Source of the DNA: a virus | Virus record (IMG/VR): IMGVR_UViG_3300009709_000003 | Span: 1-64,000 of that record | Direction: 5' to 3' (one strand) | Length of the DNA: 64,000 nucleotides | Shown here: positions 1-9,678 of the stretch, in pieces | Layout of the letters: each line of letters opens with the position of its first letter | Position numbering within the stretch: position 1 is the stretch's first letter | Position numbers and translations under genes: made by a program | Notes under the pieces: generated by a model | The model's input: the letters and a program-made list of their open reading frames with translations, nothing else | Told to the model about the DNA's origin: nothing | Database searches by the model: none

Positions 1-2565
1 AGCCGCACCAACGCTATCGCCTGGTGCAGCCCAAGTCATATTTGTTCCATCCCAAGTTAAAGTGCCAGTACCAACAGCTGTGTTGGAAGACATGTTCAAT
101 ATAGCGACGTTCCCTAGTGTTGGAATTTGTGATTGTATCCTTTTACCATGATAAGCCAACAGAGCTGAATTAGCGCTAGTGTTTATACTTAGTATTTGAT
201 GCCAACCGGAATTAACGGAAGTTTCCAATGTACCATCGGAAAGATAAATCCATTCTGCTGAAGGTGGAATTGTGACATCGGTTGTGCTAAAAGTAGCCGT
301 ATCGTTGTTTATGTTGGTAAGTTGATATCTATAATCATAAACACCTGTGGTAAAACCACCAATATTTAGTTGAATTGGAAATATATTGGGTCCACCAAAT
401 TTCAAAATCGTACCTGGTGACACCACTAATTGTTGAGTGGACAAAGGCTCGACGGTAGTTGTTGTACTGTTAAGAGCTTGTGTGCCGAAAAGTGAAGGAG
501 CAATGTCGCCAGGGCCATGGACAATAGCAACAACGCTTTCCCCTTCATCGGGAGATTTGTTCTGTGACACAACTACGGTTTGTTCAGGTGTTGCCATGTA
601 TGTTGCTACATTACCGTTAGGCAGTGCGGGAGCAGGAGCTGATCCACCCACAACCCATGTGGTTGGTGTAGTACCTATTTCTACTTGCATGGCATCTATA
701 TAAAAATCGGGATTGCTGGCATCAAAAGGTTTTTGAACGCCTAGCTGCATTTGCGTTGCACCGGTGGTGGCAGTGTAGGTCACATGAATGCGTGTCCATG
801 TGTTAGCAGGCACAGGCATACTAGCGCTATAACCAACTCCTTGGTCTGCAGGCGCGTTCGATACAAGTGTTAGTGCGTATGTGCGTGCGATAGCGGAATA
901 AACATACACCGAGCCAGTATAAGTAGTGCCAGGGGTTACTGAAAATTGAACTGCTGGGCCGTCGCCATAGTAATTACCAGTAAAATGAATAGAATTAGAA
1001 CCCTGCTCTACTGGTGTAGTAACAGTAGTTAAAGTGTAGGTACTAGCCGGGGGATCATTAAAGTTGTTGTCGTTAATACGAAGGGGTAAAAATCCTGTAG
1101 TAGTTCCATTGTCACCACAAGTTGATTGGTTGACAGTTAGCAGGTTAACTGACGGTATAACACTACCATGGCTGACTTCAACTAAATAACGTGTTGTGTA
1201 TGTAAAAGTGTCCGTAGTTCCAGAAGCTATATTAGTGTAGCCGATTAACACTCTAATGCCAAAACCGTTACTCGATTTCAAATAAACAGATTGACCTGGA
1301 GTGAATGGTACAGTAGGTCCGACTGAGTCACCATTAGCTGTGTAATTCACAGTTGAACTGGATGGGAATGTTAGTGTACCCGTTCCAATCAGAGTACCAA
1401 CAGCATAAGGAGTTCCATCGTCTACACTGTCGACTTCTACCAAATTGAGTAGAGATCCCGTTGGTTGAGCACTAACAATACGTGCGTCATTATATTGACC
1501 ATTAGACGCTACAACCGCGTTGATGGCATCGGCAAGCGTAATGTTTGTCGTGTCAACTAGGTGTGTTGGAACCGCGAATATGCCACGATTGTCAATGTTC
1601 ATGTAAAGACGACTAGACATGTCTAACCCAGATATTGATCCGGGAAGGCTTGTCATATGGGCCGACCACATCACTCCAGGTAGCGTGTAGGTGCCACTGC
1701 TTCCTAATAGAGGCCCGTTTGCATATTTATAATAAGTTGAGTTCAGCCCAATTGCGGCCGCAAAAGGTGGAATAAATACTGCACGTTGTAAATTAGGATT
1801 GTAGATTACACTGCCGGTACTGGTAGTGGCACCAATAGTGCTAATATTAACTTTATCTGTAACTGAATCAGCAGTGATAAACGTATTTGTGGGTATGACC
1901 GGTGTATTAGAAGTGTGGTGTAAATCACCATCTGCTAAATAATCAAAACCAAGCACCCACCTTGGACCACTAGTTGTTCGTGGAAGCACCAGTGGATTCA
2001 CTTGTGTAATAGCAGCTACTACGCCATATATGCCTGAAGTTCTACCACCAAATTGTCTAAAACTCTGAGAAATGAATTGCAATGATTCTGCGTACGCATT
2101 AACATCCATTCCAGAATCGTTTGGTGTAAGAAGCCTAGAACCCCAAGCCAAGCCAAGATCAACCGCACTTGCTTGTGCGATGTAGAATGACGATTGAGTC
2201 TCATCGATGTTTGTGTCTATATTTTCTAGTTCAGTGGCGATACCGGCAAGCCACGTGGCATAATCACGTACAGTTAGATAACACGTAAATCCATTCAGAC
2301 TATTTGACTGTTTAGTCTGTAGTACAACTTCTCCAAGCGGAAGTTGAACTGAAAAGGTTGCTTCCCCTGTGGCGTCTGTAACGAAAAAACCAGACTGCAC
2401 GTTATTTACAAGAATCAGATACTGCGTTGATGCTACTCCGGAACGCACAGTAAATTCTATAGGCTTCCCATAGTGGGGTACTACAATGCCTTCCGCTGAA
2501 TAGAAAGAACCAAACGGTATAAAACTAAGTAAATCAACAAAACGATGTACTGGTGTAACTATCAT
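1..2565 (-). CDS. Baseplate/tail-associated structural protein with a carbohydrate-binding-module-like domain (partial, runs off the window)
   Basis: Not in the ORF track, consistent with no stop before the window edge. ATG at 2565 overlaps the upstream TGA (ATGA). Reads MIVTPVHRFVDLLSFIPFGSFYS... and contains VNLLTVNQSTCGDNGTTTGF...DFYIDAMQVEIGTTPTTW. Lies downstream of baseplate J. Confidence 0.65.
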   Translation of the reverse strand, partial: MIVTPVHRFVDLLSFIPFGSFYSAEGIVVPHYGKPIEFTVRSGVASTQYLILVNNVQSGFFVTDATGEATFSVQLPLGEVVLQTKQSNSLNGFTCYLTVRDYATWLAGIATELENIDTNIDETQSSFYIAQASAVDLGLAWGSRLLTPNDSGMDVNAYAESLQFISQSFRQFGGRTSGIYGVVAAITQVNPLVLPRTTSGPRWVLGFDYLADGDLHHTSNTPVIPTNTFITADSVTDKVNISTIGATTSTGSVIYNPNLQRAVFIPPFAAAIGLNSTYYKYANGPLLGSSGTYTLPGVMWSAHMTSLPGSISGLDMSSRLYMNIDNRGIFAVPTHLVDTTNITLADAINAVVASNGQYNDARIVSAQPTGSLLNLVEVDSVDDGTPYAVGTLIGTGTLTFPSSSTVNYTANGDSVGPTVPFTPGQSVYLKSSNGFGIRVLIGYTNIASGTTDTFTYTTRYLVEVSHGSVIPSVNLLTVNQSTCGDNGTTTGFLPLRINDNNFNDPPASTYTLTTVTTPVEQGSNSIHFTGNYYGDGPAVQFSVTPGTTYTGSVYVYSAIARTYALTLVSNAPADQGVGYSASMPVPANTWTRIHVTYTATTGATQMQLGVQKPFDASNPDFYIDAMQVEIGTTPTTWVVGGSAPAPALPNGNVATYMATPEQTVVVSQNKSPDEGESVVAIVHGPGDIAPSLFGTQALNSTTTTVEPLSTQQLVVSPGTILKFGGPNIFPIQLNIGGFTTGVYDYRYQLTNINNDTATFSTTDVTIPPSAEWIYLSDGTLETSVNSGWHQILSINTSANSALLAYHGKRIQSQIPTLGNVAILNMSSNTAVGTGTLTWDGTNMTWAAPGDSVGAA

Positions 2566-3158
2566 ACATTCACCTTAGTTTTTATGATGGTATCATTAAT
2601 AAATACACCAAAAGGCATCGCTGGTGCTTGTGGCGGTAAAGACCATGGTGTTGCAGTACTGCCAACTTCCAATTGCAATCCGTCTACGTATATTTTACCG
2701 CCACCAGTTTGAACGCCGCACACTAATATCGGTTGTATAGCAGTTGGAGTTAGCAATGGATTAGTGCTCACGATTGCACGCGTCCACACATTCGGCGTCA
2801 TATTTCCAGGTATGTTAAACGTGTTATGTACTACGCCATTGTTGTCTACCAAGTAAAGACTACTCACACTGGCTGAAACGATATCTGTATTTAACCAATA
2901 CAGAGAAAAAGTATATACATAGGGCGCAACGATAGGACAAGGGAGTGTGCCAAAATTTACAAAAGTAATGTTATCATTACCTGCAATTTGTATGCTATGA
3001 GTGCCTTGCCATGCGGCAGCCATTGAACTAGCGATAGTAGCATTATTAGATGTATCAGGTGTGTCATAGGTAGTGTATAGACCAAAACCTACTGTGGTAC
3101 CATCTTCTCCGCCATCCGCTTGATTGACTGTTAATAGGTTTACCATACTATCCAACAA
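2562..3158 (-). CDS. Tail/baseplate accessory protein, single CBM-like (galactose-binding fold) domain
   Basis: NLL...N at the start and YVDGLQLEVGSTATPW at the end are typical of CBM_4_9-like phage tail domains; paralogous to a domain in 1..2565. Confidence 0.6.
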   Translation of the reverse strand: MLDSMVNLLTVNQADGGEDGTTVGFGLYTTYDTPDTSNNATIASSMAAAWQGTHSIQIAGNDNITFVNFGTLPCPIVAPYVYTFSLYWLNTDIVSASVSSLYLVDNNGVVHNTFNIPGNMTPNVWTRAIVSTNPLLTPTAIQPILVCGVQTGGGKIYVDGLQLEVGSTATPWSLPPQAPAMPFGVFINDTIIKTKVNV

Positions 3159-4557
3159 TGTTTATGTTTGATGCGACTAATGTGGCGTACTCATTTTTAG
3201 CTATTACAACGTCCGCATTTCCAGTTCCGCCTACAAAATCTAAGGACGTGAAAATAAAATTGCCCACTCCAGATACACCACCGATAATTAAATTTAGTTC
3301 AAATTGCTCGACATTTTGTCCGAGGCCTAACCCGTTTACATATGACAACAATGCGGTCTGCACTGTGGCAATTACAGTGCTGGCAGTAAATCCATTGTTG
3401 ACTGTGATATTACCACCAATTTGAATTGGCTCAACCGTTGCGTGTCTCACAAGTGGATCTTGTCCATCTACTTGGTTATCGGCGTTATTTAAAGCATTTT
3501 GAATTTCTGACACGAGAATGTCGTATTCATATGTAACTGTAATTGCTGCTCCCACAGCAGGACTGGATCCACCGGGAATGAATTTTATTGCATCTTTGCT
3601 TCTAGAACTACCGGACACACCAGATGTATCAGGAACAAAAATATAATCAGTGCCTAAAGTGTATCCAACAACAGAAGTTACGCTAGTGACTGGTTGATTG
3701 TCTAGTACTATGAGTTGGTTAATACCAACAAACGTTTGATTTTCAGTGATAGCAACGTTATTCTCACCTTGAATGTAGATGTCTACGGCACCTCCATTAA
3801 TGCCAGACCGAGTGATCAATGGGTCACCAGTTGTAACTACTAGAACATCTCCGGCATCTTGAAAGTTTGATTCAATAAACAATTTTCTACCATTTGTGGT
3901 AGCTAGTTGTGTACCAATGATAGAGATTTTAAATCTCTCAATTAGATCAGGACTCGTTTCCACGTCAGAGACCGAAGAGGTACCACTGTTATTTGTTACT
4001 GAGTCAAAACCAGTCATAGGTCGCAATGGATTGGTGATTAGATTTGCACCTACCACTCCAATGCTACCAGCAATGGTAGCTTGCACTGGTACAGTGAGTT
4101 CATATCGTTGGGTTTGAATATTAAAATATGATGCCGCGTTGGCCGACACCATGGTAGCAGCCACAGTTGTAACAAATGTTACAGTTTGACCAGTGGCCGT
4201 ATCTGGGTTTGTAGAGATCGGAAAATTTTGTTGAACGGTAATGTTTGATGTTGGTGGCACCGCTCTAGAGAATGTGACTGTTCCGTTTGAATATCCACCT
4301 TGCAAACGAATAAGACTTTCATTGTAGACAAAAGCATCTACGTCTGAATCTTGAAAACTATTAATTTGTTGTAGTGTCTGCAACAAAGACACCTGACGAA
4401 TACGATCATTTTGCAGTTCTAGAGCATTTGCAGTAGGTCTAATATATATATCTGCAATCGGACCAATGGTCGTATCGTACGACGCATTTCTATTGTTAAT
4501 GTCCGTGCTTAAATTTGTAATAAATTGTTTTGCAGTGATCTTAGGTACTGGCATCAA
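3148..4557 (-). CDS. Baseplate J-like wedge protein
   Basis: G-x-V-T-F motif, VQATIAGSIGVVGANLIT, DVET-xx-L-xx-RF, GGAVDIYI; position in the baseplate cluster. Confidence 0.85.
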   Translation of the reverse strand: MMPVPKITAKQFITNLSTDINNRNASYDTTIGPIADIYIRPTANALELQNDRIRQVSLLQTLQQINSFQDSDVDAFVYNESLIRLQGGYSNGTVTFSRAVPPTSNITVQQNFPISTNPDTATGQTVTFVTTVAATMVSANAASYFNIQTQRYELTVPVQATIAGSIGVVGANLITNPLRPMTGFDSVTNNSGTSSVSDVETSPDLIERFKISIIGTQLATTNGRKLFIESNFQDAGDVLVVTTGDPLITRSGINGGAVDIYIQGENNVAITENQTFVGINQLIVLDNQPVTSVTSVVGYTLGTDYIFVPDTSGVSGSSRSKDAIKFIPGGSSPAVGAAITVTYEYDILVSEIQNALNNADNQVDGQDPLVRHATVEPIQIGGNITVNNGFTASTVIATVQTALLSYVNGLGLGQNVEQFELNLIIGGVSGVGNFIFTSLDFVGGTGNADVVIAKNEYATLVASNINIVG

Positions 4558-4996
4558 TGACCCCGTTTTGATTCACAAGCGAACCTTGTACTGTTTGCAC
4601 TTGCAAAAAGAAATAATATGATGTCTGGTCGTTTGACGGTGACACTTGCAGATTGAGAATTTTATTAAATTGTTCTGCGGCTGTATAAGTATTCGCTCGT
4701 GCTTGCTGTTGTACTAAAATATTTGAAAACATCTCACGAATGTATTGCGTGATCAACATAGATGTGCTATCTGCACCGATTTGGCCAGTTGCGCCTTGTA
4801 GCTCATCAAGAGCAGCGGTTGTACCATCTGGAAGTCGCGGCAAACTTAGACAACGCACCATGTCTTGATTAGTTTTTAGTGCAGCTTGTCCAGGGTCATT
4901 AGCCCCTACGGTAACATCATTACCAATCAGGCTTGGCTTCCCATTCATAGTTGAAATTTGAACGTCACCGTTAAGTATCGCAAACGTAGTTGACAT
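4541..4996 (-). CDS. Baseplate wedge / sheath-initiator (gp25-like) protein
   Basis: 151 aa directly upstream of baseplate J; NGDV start and C-terminal beta strands (ILNLQVSP...YFFLQVQTVQG). Confidence 0.55.
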   Translation of the reverse strand: MSTTFAILNGDVQISTMNGKPSLIGNDVTVGANDPGQAALKTNQDMVRCLSLPRLPDGTTAALDELQGATGQIGADSTSMLITQYIREMFSNILVQQQARANTYTAAEQFNKILNLQVSPSNDQTSYYFFLQVQTVQGSLVNQNGVIDAST

Positions 4997-5470
4997 TTAA
5001 GCACCCTGATGTTTACGACAGATTGTTATTACATCTTGTATCTGCGTATACTGGGTAATGATACTATTTAATTGGTCGATTTGACTTTGTAGTTCATCTT
5101 GGAAAGATAACAACCTTTGGATTTCAAATAGATTATCTTCTGATACCCCAAGCACCACGTCGATTGACTCTTGCAAGTTTAAATTAAACTGTCCGAGATC
5201 TACACAATCTACTACAAGTTGAGCCGGCAATACCGCTACAGAATTGCGTACGTTATTGACTACAGATTGTAATGTGGTTTGGGCTGCTCTAGCTGGGATA
5301 GCAAGAATATCATATTGCAATAATTGTGTTTGATAGAAGGTTATTTGAGACTGCAAAACAGCAACTTGACCATTAATAAGTGTTTGTATAACCTGTAATG
5401 CAGCAGTGGACAAGCCGCACAAAATTTGCTGGGCACACTGATTAAGTGGTGTAGGTGTTGTGTCTGCCAT
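4997..5470 (-). CDS. Hypothetical helical/coiled-coil virion protein
   Basis: Q/L-rich heptad pattern; located between the spike and wedge genes. Confidence 0.5.
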   Translation of the reverse strand: MADTTPTPLNQCAQQILCGLSTAALQVIQTLINGQVAVLQSQITFYQTQLLQYDILAIPARAAQTTLQSVVNNVRNSVAVLPAQLVVDCVDLGQFNLNLQESIDVVLGVSEDNLFEIQRLLSFQDELQSQIDQLNSIITQYTQIQDVITICRKHQGA

Positions 5471-5511
5471 ACAAACTTATTGGCTAAAGGAAAATTTTAG
5501 TATCTAGACTA

Positions 5512-6717
5512 TTATTCGGTAAAGGCTTTGACAGAGATAAGTGTAGATGGCAGTGATAAGGTTTCAAGTAAGGCTGTAAGAGCTGCACCACCGGCTATGG
5601 CGTTAGGTTCGGGGGAAGATGGATTTGATAAAGCTGTAGCTACCGCAGCCAATCCTGATTCAAGCGCAGTCAGGTACGACACCAACTCTGTTCCCAATAC
5701 TAAAGGTTGGTTTGACGTAGCAGACCCTATTGTTATATGTGAGGCATTAATTCTAGCTGATGCAGTTGCGTCAAAGTTTACCGTGGTAGCCTTTACTATA
5801 GAAACGTTGCCGGCAACATCTAATTCTATGCGTGATACTTCAACAAAATCGGTGACATCCCCTATAGAAATTAAACCTCGTAGTGGGGATGGGGTCACAC
5901 CGTTCGCTGTTCCGGGAATGGGTCTTGGTGGATAAGAAAAATCGTATACGTCACCGAATTGAATCAACGATCTGGATTGTGGTGATGTAGTGCCAAGCGG
6001 TGTTATTTTGTTAAGATTTACTAAATATTCCAGTAGAGATCCGCTGGCTGTTGGTGTCTCTTGAATGTCGCTTGGTAGATTATTGCGGTATACCACACCA
6101 AATCGAGTGGTGGCAGCGTTAGCCGTTTGCTTCATATGTGCAGCTTTTGTATCAATTCTATAGGCTTGTTTGTCTAACTTGATAAAAGCTTGTCCACCAG
6201 CAAGGAGTAAGGTGCCTCTATTTGATCCATATATATAAGCATCGCCGCCAGATTTGAAATCGAATTCCAGTGGATTTAATTGTTTCCACGTGGCCATCCC
6301 ATTAATGCCTTGCTGTTGCATCTTGTTAAGTTCAGCATACCCAACCCCATCACCAGATGCGGTCATGTCGTAACCAACAATTACCGCTGTGTTGTCATTA
6401 CGATACGCAACATGAACAAATTCACCACCACCAGGTTGAAATCTACCCCAAGAAGACTGATTGTTCGATATTGAAAACCAAATAGGTGTGACAGTTGCAT
6501 GCCGTGTAGCTACAACATCAATTGTATCCACCGCAACGATACCATTGTTGATAGCAGTATTTGTGTTTGACTTGTTATTGTTAGTAGTGTTAGCGTCTGG
6601 ATTAACAGACGTGCTACTAATTTGACCACGGACAATGCGCGACAAATAGGATTCTTGATCCCTCAGTCCATTGAGTGGCTGGTCGTCTATACCATATATG
6701 TAGCCTCTACCAGCCAT
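5512..6717 (-). CDS. Baseplate central spike protein
   Basis: N-terminal OB-like region (WGRFQPGGGEFVHVAY), beta-repeat middle, C-terminal ITIGS...QPLVLGTEL motif; follows the hub gene. Confidence 0.65.
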   Translation of the reverse strand: MAGRGYIYGIDDQPLNGLRDQESYLSRIVRGQISSTSVNPDANTTNNNKSNTNTAINNGIVAVDTIDVVATRHATVTPIWFSISNNQSSWGRFQPGGGEFVHVAYRNDNTAVIVGYDMTASGDGVGYAELNKMQQQGINGMATWKQLNPLEFDFKSGGDAYIYGSNRGTLLLAGGQAFIKLDKQAYRIDTKAAHMKQTANAATTRFGVVYRNNLPSDIQETPTASGSLLEYLVNLNKITPLGTTSPQSRSLIQFGDVYDFSYPPRPIPGTANGVTPSPLRGLISIGDVTDFVEVSRIELDVAGNVSIVKATTVNFDATASARINASHITIGSATSNQPLVLGTELVSYLTALESGLAAVATALSNPSSPEPNAIAGGAALTALLETLSLPSTLISVKAFTE

Positions 6718-6718
6718 A

Positions 6719-8944
6719 TCAATCTGCCTGTTGGTTGTTAGGATTAGTTTGCGAATCTAATATAGCGTTAGTCGCATTGCTAGATTGTGCGGTTGAAGAA
6801 CCTAAAAGAAATTTATAATTGAGTGGACGACTCGCAAATCCACCAATTGGTGTGTATACCTTGTTCTTGGTGATAGGATCTACCATTCCATCCCATCCTC
6901 TAGCATACGCTAAATCAATCACTGTCTCAACAGTTTGATTCCAATTGATAGTATCTGTAATAGATAATATGGTAGCCATAGTATCTCTTTGGGTTAACAA
7001 GAATGGCCGATTAAGCCACAAGCCAAAATTAGGCGTAAGCGCAACTTGCAAATTTTTTGCGTCAGCATTCAATTTATTTAATTGAATGTGTGCGTACATG
7101 TTGGCTGCTTGAGGAGACTTGACTAGACCTTTAGGATCTAAAGTCTCAGTTCTAACACCATATAAAGGTACCAGATTGTTTAATGTGACCGTCGGCACTT
7201 GAGCAATGGCATTTGACTGTTGAATATTATATCCAGGTACCAAGGAATAAGTGGTAGCTATTTGCGTGCGCACTCTTTCGTCCGAATGTGACTTAGAAAA
7301 CCAGTCTGTATTTGATGGAGTTGCGTAGTATCTGGGGCTAAATGGGCCACGCAAATTGCTTCCAGGTACAGCGTTATCGGTAGATGATAAAAGTTGACCA
7401 CCAACACTGTTTGTGCTCGCAATCACGTTTGGAATTGGTTGAGGTGTTGCTAATGTAGCAACGCTCATTGCTCCAACATTGGTAGATGTGCCGGAGTTAT
7501 CAAAATCTGTAGGATCAAAATCGTACATAGGAAATTCTATGATGATGTCGCCCTTTGGCGAATCGTAATACATAAAATTTAAACGATCAACAGTCTCTTT
7601 TATGATCGCAAGTCTGCTCTTAAATTCGGCATTAATAGAACTGTTTTGTGTAATGTCGCGCAATAAAAATTCTGTATTGTTTACACCTAGAGATCCAGGA
7701 ATCAACAGAATTATACGCCCACCGTCTACTTTGTAGTAGTCGGGGTTTGTGCCAATATAATCTATTACTTTTTCAATATCGATGATATTGTTATTATTTA
7801 CAGCACTATTTTGTATGGAAGCAACTGTTTGTTGCACATTTTGAACAATGTCGGTGGTAGCGTCCTCAAACAACATTTCGGTCAAATCATCGATTAAGAC
7901 TTGATGGTCGATAAGCGATTGATAAGTTGAAAGTGATTTATCTGGTACAGAAACCACTGAATATTGACCAGCAAAAGTCAACGAGTCATTGTCCGCATTC
8001 CCATATCGAACAACCGCAGACTGACTAAAATTAAAATTGCCTATACCACCAATGACAGTTCTTTTAACTGTCGTGTTTTTAGAATCAGATTGCGTTAAAT
8101 TAAATTTGCCTTGACCATTCACTGAGTCAGGGTTGTTTCCGAAAAACATAGTGAAGATAATTTCCGGCAGCGTCAAATTAGCAAAACCGGCAGTGTAGAA
8201 CGAACGTACTTGAGCATCCGCTCCGGCAATAATTTGGGTTTTTTGATCAAGTGCAGTTGGATTTGTTTGCACTCGGGCATAGTATGCCAATCTTGATTGG
8301 CTCTCACAAGTTACAGATAGAGTACTTTCTAAGTTTGCATCCAAATGGTCATCCATATCCGCTACAAAACCACAGAATTTATGGTACCAAACATTTGGAT
8401 TTTCTGGGTCTCTGTAAAATATGCGCACAGGATCGTTTGAATGGAAAATCGGGTCAAACGCTTGCAATGGATATCTTAACACCCATCCAAACAACCAAGG
8501 GGATGAAGATTGATTAGCTGCACCTCCCAAAAAATCAGATGGTTGTACGAACTGTGATGCACGTTGAGACAACTTTGATAACAGTATTTTCTGTTTACGT
8601 GGAGACAAAACGTTAGCTAAAATCTGTTTCTTAAGTAAAGCTTCTAACGATAGTTGTGTGTTTTGTGCAACTGGTGAACTGTTATCTAGCACAGAGTAGT
8701 TATTTGCAGTACTGTAGGCAATGTTAGCTTTTTGAACTTCTGGGTCTTGTAGTATTGTGTTCAGATCGTCCGATGTAAATAAGTACTGATTGCCTTTGTT
8801 TGATAGTATAATGCTTGCTTTGTTTATTTCATGTCCGACACTCGAAGACACGGACACGGAAAAAACATCATCGGTCACATCTACTCCGTAGATAAACACT
8901 TTGTATGCAGGGAATAAATTGCGCGTTTGACTATTATCACTCAT
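6719..8944 (-). CDS. Baseplate hub protein
   Basis: YKVFIYGVDVT, DPVRIF...FCGFV, YYDSPKGDIIIEFPMYDF, YGVR motifs; position after tape measure and initiator. Confidence 0.65.
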   Translation of the reverse strand: MSDNSQTRNLFPAYKVFIYGVDVTDDVFSVSVSSSVGHEINKASIILSNKGNQYLFTSDDLNTILQDPEVQKANIAYSTANNYSVLDNSSPVAQNTQLSLEALLKKQILANVLSPRKQKILLSKLSQRASQFVQPSDFLGGAANQSSSPWLFGWVLRYPLQAFDPIFHSNDPVRIFYRDPENPNVWYHKFCGFVADMDDHLDANLESTLSVTCESQSRLAYYARVQTNPTALDQKTQIIAGADAQVRSFYTAGFANLTLPEIIFTMFFGNNPDSVNGQGKFNLTQSDSKNTTVKRTVIGGIGNFNFSQSAVVRYGNADNDSLTFAGQYSVVSVPDKSLSTYQSLIDHQVLIDDLTEMLFEDATTDIVQNVQQTVASIQNSAVNNNNIIDIEKVIDYIGTNPDYYKVDGGRIILLIPGSLGVNNTEFLLRDITQNSSINAEFKSRLAIIKETVDRLNFMYYDSPKGDIIIEFPMYDFDPTDFDNSGTSTNVGAMSVATLATPQPIPNVIASTNSVGGQLLSSTDNAVPGSNLRGPFSPRYYATPSNTDWFSKSHSDERVRTQIATTYSLVPGYNIQQSNAIAQVPTVTLNNLVPLYGVRTETLDPKGLVKSPQAANMYAHIQLNKLNADAKNLQVALTPNFGLWLNRPFLLTQRDTMATILSITDTINWNQTVETVIDLAYARGWDGMVDPITKNKVYTPIGGFASRPLNYKFLLGSSTAQSSNATNAILDSQTNPNNQQAD

Positions 8945-9678
8945 GCCAGACCCGCCACCGTATTTATGCCATCATTGAATGTGGTAGTTAAATTAGCAAG
9001 CACATCATTTAGATCAGGAGCAGTGTATCTAACCACAAATGTAAAGGAGTAATCCTTTGAAAATGGTTTTTCAGCCGAGTCTTCCCAAGTCATCACTTCT
9101 TTGAAGTGACCGTATAGTGATATAATAGTTGGAATAGCTGGGGAAGCGTAACTGATAACAAATACATTTTCAGTACCGTCATCTAATAGCATACGTTCGC
9201 GTGTAAGCGCCCAGAGATTGTGCCATATAAATAGCTTGTTAGATGCGCCAGTTGGTGATCCAGCTTGACCAGTACTATCACTATTGGTGTTCAAATTGCC
9301 AGTGTTACCTCTGAATGATAATTCAAGAATGTCGTTGTTTTCGCCATTTTTATTGGAAAAATGAAAAAATACACTACCATCCTGTACATCACGTTTAGTG
9401 ATACGTTTACTTTGAGCCCAGGTAACTGAGTTTGGATTCACAGCCATTGAGATAACTGGCAATGTGGTACCAATAGCGGCAGTTGGCGTATTGCTATTGT
9501 TAGTAAATATTTGTTGACCACCATCATTGGGAGTCACCTTATAGGCTGGATTGATAAGTCTGCGTCTATACGTAGAGGTAAACTGCATTGGAACGCGTAC
9601 AGCATTAGAAGTGCCCGTACCGATTGGATGAATAGCGGTCGATAGAGCGCCAGCCGGTGAATTAAATGTAACAGCCAT
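8941..9678 (-). CDS. Tail tube initiator-like baseplate protein
   Basis: MAVNPNSV...LSFRGNTG...LYGHFK...EDSAEKPFSKDYSFTFVV, a tube-fold initiator pattern; immediately after the tape measure. Confidence 0.6.
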   Translation of the reverse strand: MAVTFNSPAGALSTAIHPIGTGTSNAVRVPMQFTSTYRRRLINPAYKVTPNDGGQQIFTNNSNTPTAAIGTTLPVISMAVNPNSVTWAQSKRITKRDVQDGSVFFHFSNKNGENNDILELSFRGNTGNLNTNSDSTGQAGSPTGASNKLFIWHNLWALTRERMLLDDGTENVFVISYASPAIPTIISLYGHFKEVMTWEDSAEKPFSKDYSFTFVVRYTAPDLNDVLANLTTTFNDGINTVAGLA

